From: Sphyrna mokarran
Lineage: Eukaryota
Direction: 5' to 3'
DNA: 64,000 nucleotides
Assembly: GCA_024679065.1 (NCBI GenBank)
Contig: JAGIQG010000028.1
Coordinates: 12,772,001-12,836,000 of the forward strand
The translations under genes were made by a program, and so were the position numbers. Of the stretch, positions 1 to 12,365 are shown one piece after another. The notes below the pieces were generated by a model. It saw only the letters and a program-made list of their open reading frames with translations, was not told where the DNA came from and searched no databases. How positions within the stretch are numbered: position 1 is the first letter of the stretch; each line of letters begins with the position of its first letter.

Positions 1-289
1 ACTTGTCACCAAAGGAGGGAAAAAGCTGGAAGAAAATAGAAAAAGAGGCATTGGAAATTCAGAGATAAATGTGTCAAGACAACTGATTTATAGTTTCACT
101 GAAATGTGAACAGCATCATGGAGTGAGATCTTTCAAAAATCCTGGACTCTAATTAAAAATTACATCTGGCATTTTAGATTGCCATAAAACAGTAGCCTTG
201 ATGGTATTTGCATCATATAAGAGGTCTAATAATATCACAAAGTCACCTCCAAGTTATTCATATCCCTTTAAATCCTTTTGGAGTGCAGT

Positions 290-432
290 GGCTTTTGGAA
301 TTGAGGGTTATGGTGAACAGGTTGGTAAGTGGAGCTGAGTCCACGAAAAGATCGGCGATGATTTTATTGAATGGGGAGTAGGCTCGAGGGGCCAGGTGGC
401 CTATTCCTGCACCTAGATCTCATGTTATGTAG
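290..432 (+). mobile_element. CR1/HER1-type LINE 3' tail
   Basis: attgaatgggg...ggctcgaggggccaggtggcctattcctgc...atgttatgt, typical of the CR1 3' UTR hairpin and tail. Confidence 0.7.
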
Positions 433-1039
433 CCAAATCCCAACCTAAGACTGTCAGGTTGTTTCTCTGATTGTTATTTTGCCATACTTGGAGATTAACT
501 TTTCCCCACTTCAGTCAGCATGTGAAATTTTTCAGTTCTATACTTCATAAGTATGTTCTTTTGACATGGGGAAAGGTCTCAAAATTCCAGCTCTGAATAC
601 TCAAAGCATAATGTTTAACTCAGGATGTTTACTGCCAAGATATTGTATTCAGAGTTTATTTAACAAAATGGCACTGACAGCAATTATAAAAGTTTGAAAC
701 CAGTTTTAAAACTAACTGAGAATTTAACACCAGCATGCAGCAGCCAAATATTTTATCAGACCATTCAAATTTAACCAGAGCTTAAGAAGTCTTTAAAAAA
801 CACTCAACATTATCAAATCCCAGTCACTGTAAATTCTTAAAACAAAACAGATGTACAAAAAATCCTTTGTTATTTCTATTTTCAGATGGCCCAGGTATTG
901 CACCAGTTTTTGTACCATTTGGATCATGTTGTATCGACATTATATTGCAAGTTTCACTGCCAATTAATATTTTTGGCACTCTAAATACATCATACTGAAA
1001 CAGCATGATTTCAAAATAATTAGGAAATGTTTCTACCAA

Positions 1040-1350
1040 CTTTTTTTTAAATGGGACTAGTAAAGGAGTTTTGTTAGATTAAACAGAGAGAAATTGTTTC
1101 CACGGGCAGAAGGGTTGGTAACCAAGCACAGAAATACCAAGGGGAAGATGGGGAGAATGTTTTCATGAAATGAATTGTTATGGTCTGGAACGCACAATAG
1201 GAGCAGATTCAATGGTAACTTTCAAAAGGGAATTGGATAAATATTTTGTAAAGGAAAAAATTTTAAGGTTAAGGAGAGAGAACAGGGACTAATTGGAAGG
1301 CGTATTCGAATAACCTATACAATTGTGATGGACCAACTAGCTTCTGTTTG
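1040..1350 (+). mobile_element. Decayed CR1 LINE 3' end
   Basis: gagaaattgtttcca...tctggaacgcac...actttcaaaagggaattggata. Confidence 0.6.
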
Positions 1351-1709
1351 TAGAAAATAATACATTAAAGGAAATTAATGTGAACATCCTTTGAAAAAAA
1401 GATTAAAAAATACCAAATTGCATTCATATAGCTAATGTGCCTCTGTGTGAGTTTTTTAGGTATTACTTTATTAATTGAACAACAGTATTGTTTAATTTGG
1501 CACAAATGGCTAGTTTTGATGGGAAAAATGTCATAGAACCACAACCCCACCATGCACCCATATCTGCCAACCGTTTAGATGGCAGGTCATTTATTTTAGT
1601 CCAAGTAGTCACAGGTGATACAATGGAAAAGTAAGTTCTTCAAAAAGAAATGTAACAGTGTGCATATAATGCTAATTTTGAGACATGCTCAAGTCAGAAC
1701 TAAAAAGCA

Positions 1710-2152
1710 GCTATGGTACGATTGGTAGCTATCTCACCATCGACCCTGAAGTTGTGGGTTCAAGTTCAACTCCAGAGACTTGATCACTCATGGCTGACAT
1801 CAATGCAGTATAGAGGCAATGTGAAACTGTTGGTGGTTCTATATTTTGTATGAGACATTGTTAAAGCTGCCATCTTTTGGATGCGATATTGAACCAGACA
1901 AAGCCCCTTATGACTACTTAAATAGATGTAAAAGATCCCATAGTACTATTCAAAGAAAAGTAGGAATTGTCCTCAGTGTCCTAGTTATCATTATCTGCGA
2001 TGAAAATCACTGAAAATAAATAGTATGATCTCTCATTTTACTGCTGTTTGTGGGACTTTTGTGCACATTTCCTGTTGACAATTCTCAAGTAATTCATTGA
2101 CTATAAAGTACTTTGGAACATCCTTCGGTCATGAAGGGTGCTTTCTTTTCTT
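1710..2152 (+). mobile_element. SacSINE1-like (Deu-domain) SINE
   Basis: tRNA-like head ggttcaagttcaactccagagacttg; core gatgtaaaagatcccatagtactattcaaagaa; L2-type tail ttcattgactataaagtactttggaacatcc. Confidence 0.7.
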
Positions 2153-3145
2153 TTTTGGTGAGATCTATACAAAAGATATAGGAAGAAGACTAGGTGATTT
2201 GCTTTGAATCACTGTGCAAGACTGTATTTTGCTAGACTTACTGCCTGTCAAGTGAAGGTGTATTTACCCTTTTCTTTGAAATAGTAAGTTGACAGGATGT
2301 GGTTGTAAATAAATCTCGCAAGGTTGAATTTTTATCTGAAATTCTGTATTGGGAATGGAAGTTGTGGTGTTGTAAAAAGTACATGGGTTTCCTGCCTGTA
2401 CATCTGCATTAGGGTCTTCGATTCTGATACTTGTTTCTTTGAGTAGGCGTCTTTCTACCAAAGGGTCTTTGGGAAAGGCTATGCAAACAGATAGAAACAA
2501 CATCAATAGCACTGAATGCTGGGTGTTTTGTTCGGTGCAGTCGGTTAGCACAGTAGGAGTTGGATTTGAATCCACTGAAAATCAAATAGACAAACAGTTC
2601 CACTCTCTGCTGACTTCTTGGGATCCTATATGCAATCACTTTCAATCAAGCTCTGATTGGCCATGACAGAACTTACTATTGTCACATAATGGCAATCTCA
2701 CTTAAGACACGGAAATGCCTGGTGTGGAAAATGACAACTATCACATTGTGCCTTAATGGGCAAAACTCTTTCTAAGGTTGATGACAAGGTGCTTTACTTT
2801 GCACCTGGCTACATTTGATGAAAACATGTGACAAAATTGGCTAAGTGTTTCTTTTCTCCAGTACAGACAACATTTGCCTCATCAAGAATGTTCTTTGCCA
2901 CCCATAAAATAAAGAAGGGAGGGGGAGGCATAAAGGAAAATGAAAAGACAGAATCATCTGGATTGCATAGCTTCCACAGAAGAAATAGAATTGACTAATT
3001 TTGCCTTAGTCCCCTGATAGAACCATAGAATTCCTACAGTACAGAAGGACACCATGCGGCCCATCAAATCTGCACTCCCTCTCCAAAAAAACATGTTAAC
3101 CAGACCCTATCCCCATAACGGACTTGGAATGGTTCAGAATAATAT

Positions 3146-3660
3146 TTAATGAAAGAAATGCTTTTATATTACACTATTACAATCTCCAGATGTCCAAAAG
3201 AATTTTATAGCTTAATGAAAGAAATGCTTTTATATTACACCTATCACAATCTCCAGATGTCCAAAAGAAATTTATAACTGGTGAAATGCATTTGAAATTT
3301 AGTTACTGTTGTTGTATAGGAAACATGACAGCCAATTTGTGTACAAGGTCCGACGAACAGCAATGTGATAGTGACCAGATTTTCTGTTTTAAGTGTTCGT
3401 TGAGACAAAACTGTTGGCTAGGACATCAAGGGAACTCCTGTTCTCAGCTCTGAATATGGTCATGATATCTTTTTTGCCCATCTAAAAGCACAAATGGGCT
3501 TTGATTTATTGACAGTGCGTCTCTGACAGTGCGATTGTCCCTTGGTGCTGCACTGAAGTACCACCCTAGAATTATGTACTCAAAGAGCTGAGGTGATATT
3601 TGAGCCCATGATTTTCTGACTTCGAGGGAAGTCTGCTAACCACTGAACCAAGGCTGACAC
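3146..3660 (-). mobile_element. SacSINE1-like SINE with a 66-bp tandem duplication of its tail (3146-3279)
   Basis: Reverse-complement similarity to 1710-2152; ttaatgaaagaaatgcttttatattacac...gtccaaaagaa present at 3146 and 3212. Confidence 0.7.
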
Positions 3661-6094
3661 CTAATGTTGAAGGATTGGAAGAGAGTCAGCTGCTTGCCTT
3701 CTTGAGCATATGTGGTACCTCATCCAACCAGGGAGGCTAGAGAGGGAAAAAAGAGAAAGGGTGAAACCTATTGACGGTATAATTAACTCAAGTCTGCTTG
3801 TTGTGTAACCTCCATTTATTTAGAGTTGCAGCCAATTTCAAGCATGGGTCAACATGCAGTAAGTCATATTAGTATTGTAGAATTTAAAATAAATTTGGCT
3901 CAAAAAGTGTAGCTAATCGTATCTATTCATTTAGAAAATCCCCTTTTATTAACCATGCCAATCAAAATAAGACTTATGGAAACAACAGATCACGCTATTT
4001 ATAATTAAAAAAATCAATATTATCATTGGTACTCAATCAATTAGGACACTTCTACATTCACTGTCAGTTTGCTGTTCTCTGGAGATATGTGGCTTAGTAC
4101 GTTTATCTTTCCTCCAACCCACTCTTGTATTCCCGCTTTCAAATCAACCAGCAAGTTGCACGTTTAAGACAGCAAAGCAACTATTTCTTGGAAACGATTT
4201 GTAGGCAGGTTGTTTTTTTAAAAGAACTCTCCACTATAAATCATTCTCATTTTATTTGCTAAGTGAGGAGCTGGAAATTGTTGAATTCCCCAGTGCAGGG
4301 AGTCAATGCTTAAGGTTGATGACTAATCACTTTGTGCGCAGTCGGGGATTCCAGCCCTTAAGCTAGATTGTAACAATAATTTGGCTTGTTGGTTTCAGTC
4401 GAAGAACTCCACAGAGTTTTCCAATTGCTGACCAAAGAAGCTTTTTTCTTCTACTTGTTGGTCACTTGCCACAACACACACTAATTACAGACTACTCCAT
4501 GACCACTGTTTTTTGCAGCTACATTGGCCAATAGAACACACAACACATATTTTAGCTGTGTCTGACCCTTGCGATGTGCTTTTGTCTCCTGGCCTTCAGT
4601 CCTCCTTCCCTGAAGTGAAGTTGCTGACCTCTGGCAAAGTGCATTTGAGCAGCTTGTCTGAGAAATTAAACAGACAGATTTTAATAGCAGGCAGACCCAG
4701 GACCCAATAAACTGGGCCGTGCTCAGACACAGACTCAAAATGATCTTGGGATTGGGAGCAAAACACTATCAGGAAAATGATGGTTGTAAGTGTGTGGTTA
4801 AAAACTGCAAAAGCGTTCTTCATTTTTTGATTGAAGTTGCCAAAATGAAGTATTTTAAATTGTAGGTAAATAACAGATGAATATTGTATTTGCCCATGGT
4901 ACAGAGAATGAAATGCATTGGAGGTACATACTGAAATGGTTAGTTAGGTGAAAACAAAAACCTGTCCATTAGAAATGTACAAATTGACCAAGCAAATGCA
5001 AAGATTGTGTATTATTAAAAATTCTTCATGAGAGGGAATGAGTTCCTTTAGCCTTTTATATTTAATATGCCCATCAACAGTCATTTGAAAGCTTAGAGTA
5101 GTGAAATGTTGGCTTTGAGGTGATTATATGATAAGCAGATGGAAACTTTTTGAAAAAAAACCTGATGCTTGCTGTTACTGTTCATATTCAAAAGGGTGAC
5201 GGAGTTTAGTTACACTGCTTTAATTCTGCCTTATTAGGTTTCTCCACTTAAAACCACATGTGGGCTTTAACCCTGAAGATTCCAGTTGCCTTTAAACATT
5301 TTTTATAGTATCAATTTTACATCTGAATAAAAACTGATTATTAAGAATATTCTCCTGAATTGCATTGCTAATTTTAATGAGGACTGGCCATGTACAAGGC
5401 TCTTCCCTCCGAAACACAAGAGTATCTTTATGAATAAATGTTCGCAACCCATCCCTCCGCCCCACCCCCTACCCCCAACCACCATTTCCAACAATCCTTT
5501 CCACACTCTGAGCTCAGCAGGATTGTCCAGCTTGTAGCCTAGCCATACAGACAAGGAACCCCCAAGGTTTTATCCTTGGTTTGCTCTGTGCATGCTAAGT
5601 TCATCCAGGAGTGAAGTTAGAGTACTCCCTGGGCTAGGGTAGGGAAATAAAGTCATTTCAGATCACCATTCTCTACTGTTGTATAACAACTGGTGCATCT
5701 ATGTCAGCATTTGACTGTGACATTCCCTGGTGTTGAACAGTCTGACAGCAATCACCCTTAAGTGTTGTACACAAGGAGTGCCTGTTTGGATTGCTGGTAG
5801 CTATACTGTATCCTTCAGGAGTAGAGGGAGAAGAGATTGTTAGCAAGCGAAAACAATTAGCAGCCAGGCAACTGCTAGATTAGCATGAGCATCTATTTGT
5901 TATTGGACTTTGTTGCAGTCATGAGATTGTAAAAGAAGATCAATAGGGTAGGCTGGAGAGGAACCTTTCCCACTCAATAAAATGACAACTCATAGACCCA
6001 CAAGTCGGAGTATGCCTGTAGACTAGAACTCTGGAAGGAAGATCACAATGCAAAGAAACCACAAACAAAAGCAGGGAAATAGAGGTATATCAAT

Positions 6095-6475
6095 TAGCAT
6101 TGCTGTCTCACAGCACCAGGGACATAACATAAGAACATAAGAAATAGGAGCAGGAGTAGACCATCTAGCCTTTTGAGCCTGCCCCGCCATTCAATAAGAT
6201 CATGGCTGATCTGAACTGGATCAATTCCACTTTCCTGCTTTCTCCCCATAACCCTTAATTCAATTCCATTGAATTGGACCTAAGTTCAATTCCAGCCTCA
6301 GGTCATGTTTGTGTGGAGTTTGTACATTCTCCCCCTACTTACTGCATGAGTGTTTTTTGGGTGCTCCAGTTCCTCCTACAGTTCAAAGATGTGCGGGTTA
6401 GGTTGAATGGCCATGCTAAATTGACCGTAGTGTTAGGGGATTAACAGGGTAAATGTGTAGTATTATAGGATTGGG
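6095..6475 (+). mobile_element. HE1/V-SINE interrupted by a reverse CR1 tail (about 6125-6275)
   Basis: ttagcattgctgtctcacagcaccagggac | aacataagaacataagaaataggagcagg... | ggacctaagttcaattcc...gtgtggagtttgtacattctcccc. Confidence 0.75.
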
Positions 6476-6788
6476 CTTGCCTTCTCAAGGAAGATCCCTT
6501 CTCTTAATTGGTGAACCTCTAGGTCAAACACCAGGAGAGTGAAGCTCTTGCTTATGCAAATAAATAAAACTTTGAGATTACTTAATACTTCATTCTTTTT
6601 GAAAATACTGCAAATACACAGCAGATCCCATCAAACTTGTCTTAAAGGTGTGAAAGATCCTATGATATATTTTCAGCATTTTATATCAGATTGTTGTAAT
6701 CTGCAGTTTATTTTTATAGAACCATGAAACAGCTTATCTGTTGACTGGATTACTTAGCTAGTACAAATATTGCTCTTTTATTTTGCAG

Positions 6789-6923
6789 ATTGTTGACGAG
6801 CTGGGGAATGTAAAATTCTGCATTGATGCAAGCCAGGCTGGAAGTGGGAACTGGCTTAAGTACATCCGTTCGGCACACTCTTACAACCAGCAAAATTTAG
6901 TAGCATGTCAGATTAATGATCAG
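6789..6923 (+). CDS. PRDM16: PRDM16 internal exon (human exon 4 equivalent), PR/SET domain
   Basis: ttttgcAG|...|GTgagt; 135 nt, phase 0-0; IVDELGNVKFCIDASQAGSGNWLKYIRSAHSYNQQNLVACQINDQ carries the PR-domain xDAS...NWLKYI...QNL motifs of PRDM16/MECOM. Confidence 0.96.
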
Positions 6924-7269
6924 GTGAGTTATCTTCATGGAACCAAATCCAGAATCCTGTTTTGGGACAATTCCCACTGATAGAATGCCAGGTATGAAAC
7001 CAAATGTAACTGTACATTTTTAAACTAACATCATGAACACTAACCTATATCTGGAGTCACAAATTTTAAAATAAAGGTTAAATGTTTCAACAGTTGCATT
7101 GAGATGGGAATTAATAGTAGTAAAAACTGTACTAGGTTCACATGTTTTGTATCCAATCTTCCTCCTGCTCTATATTATGTGTATTAGTTGCACCAAGGCA
7201 GGAACACTGTTATAACATAAACGTCCTAACTGGAATATATTTCTAAAAATATATTTTTAATTAAAATGG

Positions 7270-7840
7270 AATTCTATTTAGAAGAATGAGTGAACTCATT
7301 GAAGTGTATAAAATTCTTACAGGATTCGATTGAGTAGAAGTGGGAAGAATGTTTCCCCAGGTTAGATGGATTGTCTAGATTAAATTGCCCCTGAGTGTCC
7401 AAATCGGTGGATTAACCAGGGTAAATGCATGGGGCTATGGGGATAGGGAGGAAAGCTCTTTCCAAGAGTTGGTGCAAATTTGAAGGGTTGGATGGCCTTT
7501 TTCTGCGCTGTTGGGATAGTTGTATGGTTGGGAGGGGTGTGTTTGGCACCCATGGGACACTGTCTCAGAATAAGAGGTAGGCCATTTAGGACTGTGATGA
7601 GGAGGAATCTCTTCATTCAGAGGATGTGAACTTTTGGAATTCTCTACCACAGAGGGCTATGGAGATTCAATCATTCTGCATGCTCAAAGCAGAAGTGGGG
7701 AGATTTCTAGATACCAATGACATCAAGGGATTTGGGGATAGTGTGGGAAGATGATGCTGAGGTAGAGAATCAGCCATGATCTAGTTAAATGGCAGACAAT
7801 GCTCAAGAGGCCAAATGGCCTACACATTGTTCCTATACAT
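7270..7840 (+). mobile_element. CR1 LINE 3' end with an inserted SINE-tail fragment (about 7375-7530)
   Basis: ctcattgaagtgtataaaattct...ccatttaggactgtgatgaggaggaatctcttcattcagag...gctcaagaggccaaatggcctac. Confidence 0.7.
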
Positions 7841-8389
7841 TGGTTTGAAAATCATGAGGCCCTGACTGCAAATATTTTTTTTAAATGAGTACTGAACATG
7901 TTCCTTATTTTCACATTATTAACACAGAATTACTGTAAACAGACACAATTATAATTATAGGAAAAAGATTACTGCAGAGTCTTAATTCTAGGTTTTCCTT
8001 TCTCTTTCAGCTTTTCCCATGTTAAATATGGTCACCAGGATTCTGGTTGACAACCCTTGATATCAATTTTTTTTCAATTTTGCGCATGGTTTTGCAGCAT
8101 TATGTTTTTCCTGCTGTAACCCTCCCTTTTATCAAACCTTAACCCTAAACAAAAGCATTTCTTAAAATGGTTTGATTTTTCACCTATAGGCAATTACCTG
8201 CTCTAAAGGGAGCAAAGTTTCTTGGTTGGATAATATAGTATACATGTGTTCAAACTGTTGCCCAATGGACACTTGCAGCCTCTAGCATTTAGTCCACAAA
8301 GTCCAGACAAGTAAATATGGCAGCCCAGAAGATTTACTATGGCTAGGTAAAACCAACATGCGAGAACCTTCAGATTTAGAAAGGGACAT

Positions 8390-8900
8390 TCATAGAATCC
8401 CTACAGTGCAGAAGGAGGCCATTCAGCCCATGAGTCTGCACTGACTACAATCGCATTCCCGTAACCCCACATATTTATCCCACTAATCCCCTGACACAAG
8501 GATCAATTTATCATGGCCAAGCAAAGTAACCCACGCATCTTTGGACTGTAGGAGGAAACTGGAGCACTCGGAGAAAACCCATGCAAACACAGGGAGAGTG
8601 TGTAAACCCCACACAGACAGTGATCTGAAATTGAACCCAGGTCCTTGGCGCTGTGAATCTGCAGTGCTTGCCACCATGCCGTCTAGAATCATAGAATCCC
8701 TACAGTGCAATAGGACCCTCCACTGACAACAATCCCATCCAGGCCCTATTTCCACAACCCCTTGTGTTTAAGGACAAGGAACCTGGAGCACCTGGAGGAG
8801 AGGATGTGAAAACTCTATAGAGTTACAGAAGGCAGGAATTGAATCTGAGTTCCTTGTGCTATGAATCAGCAGTGTCAACCACTATGCCACCGTGCCATCC
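8390..8900 (-). mobile_element. Two tandem HE1/V-SINE copies (8390-8682 and 8685-8900)
   Basis: Each starts catagaatccctacagtgca and ends gccacc(a/g)tgcc; V-core gaggaaactggagcactcggagaaaaccca. Confidence 0.85.
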
Positions 8901-11900
8901 GAAGCACTGTTGCTAAATCCTACACTATAGTAATATGATTTGTTAGCGTCAGTAATTTGATTTAGATACAACTTATTAGGTGCCATAGATTTAAACTCCA
9001 GAGGTAGTCTTTCCAATCACGCTGATACATATCTCTGCAGAAGATAAAAATCTTACACAGACTAGGTCAGATGCAAAGCTAGTTTTACACCACCTCCAGA
9101 TTTTACTATCTATTGAAGTTTTCAGAGAGTAATATTGAGCAGGATGTAAAATCTACCCAAATATTGGCTGAAATTCTTGGTTTTATACAGATTTGTAGGT
9201 CCTATTTGGTTTGCAGGGAGTTCCATAAAGTGTCTCTGGTTGGCATTCATGTTGACTTCCACATATAGAGGGATGTCAGTATTGTCCTACCAATGAAGGG
9301 TCGGTTAGAAGGCTGGTATTTTTTACTGTATATTGGTGCAATAAGTTCCTTCTCTGATCATAACTAGTGATTACCTATGAGACAATATACCACGAAAAAC
9401 CTTCAAATCTCAATGCCGATTGCTGCTTTGGCTGGGCAATCTGGATGGTGAGTAGTTGGTTCTGGGTTCCTGTGAGTGTCAGAGTGAGTTAGAAAGTTCA
9501 TGCCTGAAAACTGTGGCTGAATGGCAAGGAGAATTTAGAGAGAGATAGCAAATAATAGCGACATGTAGCCTGAGTGTCACCTCCTGCTGAACTTTTTCAT
9601 AGCACTAAAATGATTTGAGATAGAATGCTGCAACAATAAAATGCTTTGACTTCACTATAACACCCATATAAATATTGCAAAACCTTGCTTTGACACCTTG
9701 AATCTTGTCACACCTTGCATCTCTGCAATGCTTCCTTCGTGTAAAATTTGATATAGCACATACTTTTGTCTTGCGCTTCAAAAGGCTGCATGGCCTTCAC
9801 TCTCTCCCCTTTCTCTGTAACCTCTTCCTGTCTATATCCCACAATTAAAACTCTAGTTCGACTCCACCCTACGATGCAATGACAGTTCCACTCTCTACAG
9901 TTATGGCTTCAGCAGCTTAGGATCTTATACTCTGAAATTACCTCCTAAACCCGATCACCCAACCACTCCTAATTCTTTTCCAGTTAGACTACTATTTTCC
10001 TAATGTCTCCATGAAACATTATAATATTCATCCAGTTAAAGGCAACATGCAAAGGCCCCTCATTTTGGAAAAAATGTTGAAAGCTTTTTTGTGACTTCCA
10101 AACTCTTCATTATTTTTTTGGCTCTTGTACCGGCAATTTGCAAACAAGCGCTACTTTTAAAAAAATTCACCTTTTAGAAAAATGAAAATTCATACAGAAG
10201 CATCCCTCAGGATTCAAATCCATTAAATCTTCATCATTGGGATTTTTATTATTTATGTATGAATTAGGGGGAAGGAAACCTGATTTCACGCTGGAATGTG
10301 CAGCCAAAAAGGCTCAGCAACAAGGGAGCTCAGTGAAGCGGCTGAAAGTTGTGCAGTGTTTGAGTCCCAGAGCAAAGAGTCACTCGGAGATTGCTGGGCC
10401 GAAGCTCTTGATGTTGATTGACCACCTTCTCATAATCAGCGGCAAAGCCAAGCATCTTTGCCAGAATAACAAGTTGCACAAGTGCGCCTGATTGACTAGT
10501 AGCTTGAGTAATCCCTGCTTCACTCGCACCTCCTGCAGATTGTTGAGGGAGTAGGCTGGATGCCCTTTGTAAAGATGACCTTTCTTGGCTGAGTGAGAGT
10601 GTATGAGAATGAGAGAGACTTATTTTTTTTAAATAATCAAAACCTGGAAACTGACTTCGGCACAATAGCTTACATAAACTTAATGCCTTTCGATCCAATT
10701 CTCATATATTTTATATCGGTGAGCAGTTTTGTTAAAACAACAGAGAGATGGTTTGATTACAAATGCATTGGGAATCACCAACAGCAATGTCAGCCTTCAA
10801 CGGGTTAATTTGACATCAGTGGATCAGTTCCCGTCTGCATTTGTTTTTGATATCATTTCAGCTGTAATCTTGCAGCCGACTAAATCTCTTGCTGAAACAA
10901 CAGTAATAATTGTTGCCCCCACACAATAATAAAGGATGAACAACAGAAGCACTTGCAAAAGGACGTTGATCGTGACATATCTCAGCCAGACGACAAGGAG
11001 TCGATGTAATCCAGTGAGAATGATGAATGTAACATCTGCTGGAAAGTTGCAGAGGACCTGGGTGCTCTTCAGAAGTGAGGGGTTCTCGAAGGCCAGCCAG
11101 CTGGTAGCTATGAATGGGTCTGTGTGCGAGGTAGCTGTCAGCTCCGAATGATTGATAACCCAGTACTATAAAGTGAAGATCAGAGCCTTCCTCTTCACGT
11201 TGGACATCTAGAGAGTCTGAGACCATGACATCATACTTTCATATCCACTCAGTCCTTTAAAGTGTCCCTTCAAGGATAGGAAGCAGATTTGTGCCAAACA
11301 AAAAAACTTCAGACTTGAATTACCAGTTTAAATTGTGTTAGCGCTAAAATGATTTTCTTGCCAGAAAAAAAGCTAGGAGTTTCCCAGCCTGGCTTGTGTC
11401 CCAAATGATTTGTATTTTGCATTTTTAATCCAGAAGTTATTTTAAAAACCAAAATGTTTTATCAGCAATTGTCTTCATTAATTTATGAAAAGTCATTAAC
11501 TCAAATTAAAAATGGTGATATGTGATCAAATCTGACTTTACCTTTGTACACCTTCTAAGGACTCTGCTTAGTTTTGATCTCTTGTGCATCCCCACGTCCC
11601 TTCACTCCATTATTGGTAGCCGTACCTTCAGCTGTTTAGACCCTAAGCTCTGAAATTCCCTTGCAAAACCACTCAATCTCTCTCCCTTTTCTCCTTTAAA
11701 ATGCTCCTGAAAACCTACCTGTTTGATTAAACTTTTGGTCACCTATCTAAGGTTGCCATCTTTGGCTCAATGTCAACCTTTTGTTCAATTGTAATTATTT
11801 TCGAATACTCTTGTTTGTTTAAGGTGTTCCAAAAATGTAGATTGCCATTGTTGATAAAGATAATTGGTTGAATAATAGTTAAATTATTCGTTATGATTAG

Positions 11901-11923
11901 CCTGACAATAAGGTATGAGATGA

Positions 11924-12050
11924 AGGCCGGAAGTTTACTGTCCCACCTGCCATGGGATTTGGAGCGGGTGAAGGGCGGAACATGGAAAAATCCATTAACC
12001 TTGGGTAGGATTTTATGGTTTCGGGATGAGCGAGGCCATAAAGTCCCAAC
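11924..12050. mobile_element. Short MITE-like element with degenerate terminal inverted repeats
   Basis: ggccggaagtttac ... ataaagtcccaacc; GC-richer interior. Confidence 0.45.
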
Positions 12051-12069
12051 CATAGATAGAAATATAATT

Positions 12070-12365
12070 AGGTGGCATGGTAGCACATGGTTAGCAGTGC
12101 TGCCTCAGAGTGCCAAGGACCCGCTCAATTCCCAGCTTGGGTCACTGTCTGTGTGGAGTCTGTATATTCTCCCAATGTCTGCATGGGTTTCCTCTGGGAG
12201 CTCTCGTTTCCTCCCACAATCTAAAAGACATGCTGGTTAGGGGCATTGGGCATGCTAAATTCTCCCTCAGTGTATCCGAACAGGCGCCAGAGTGTGGCGA
12301 CTAGGGAATTTTCAGTAACTTCATTGCAGTTTTAATGTAAGCCTACTTGTGATGCTAATAATAAA
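12070..12365 (+). mobile_element. HE1-related V-SINE, alternative-tail subfamily
   Basis: ggtggcatggtagcacatggttagcagtgctgcctc...V-core...ctcagtgtatccgaacaggcgcc...gtaagcctacttgtgatgctaataataaa. Confidence 0.85.

Noticed and set aside
10858-11226. 122-aa minus-strand ORF and the many other 60-130 aa ORFs in the track
   Set aside because: No recognisable domains or coherent splice structure; many map to SINE or LINE debris or start at non-ATG codons
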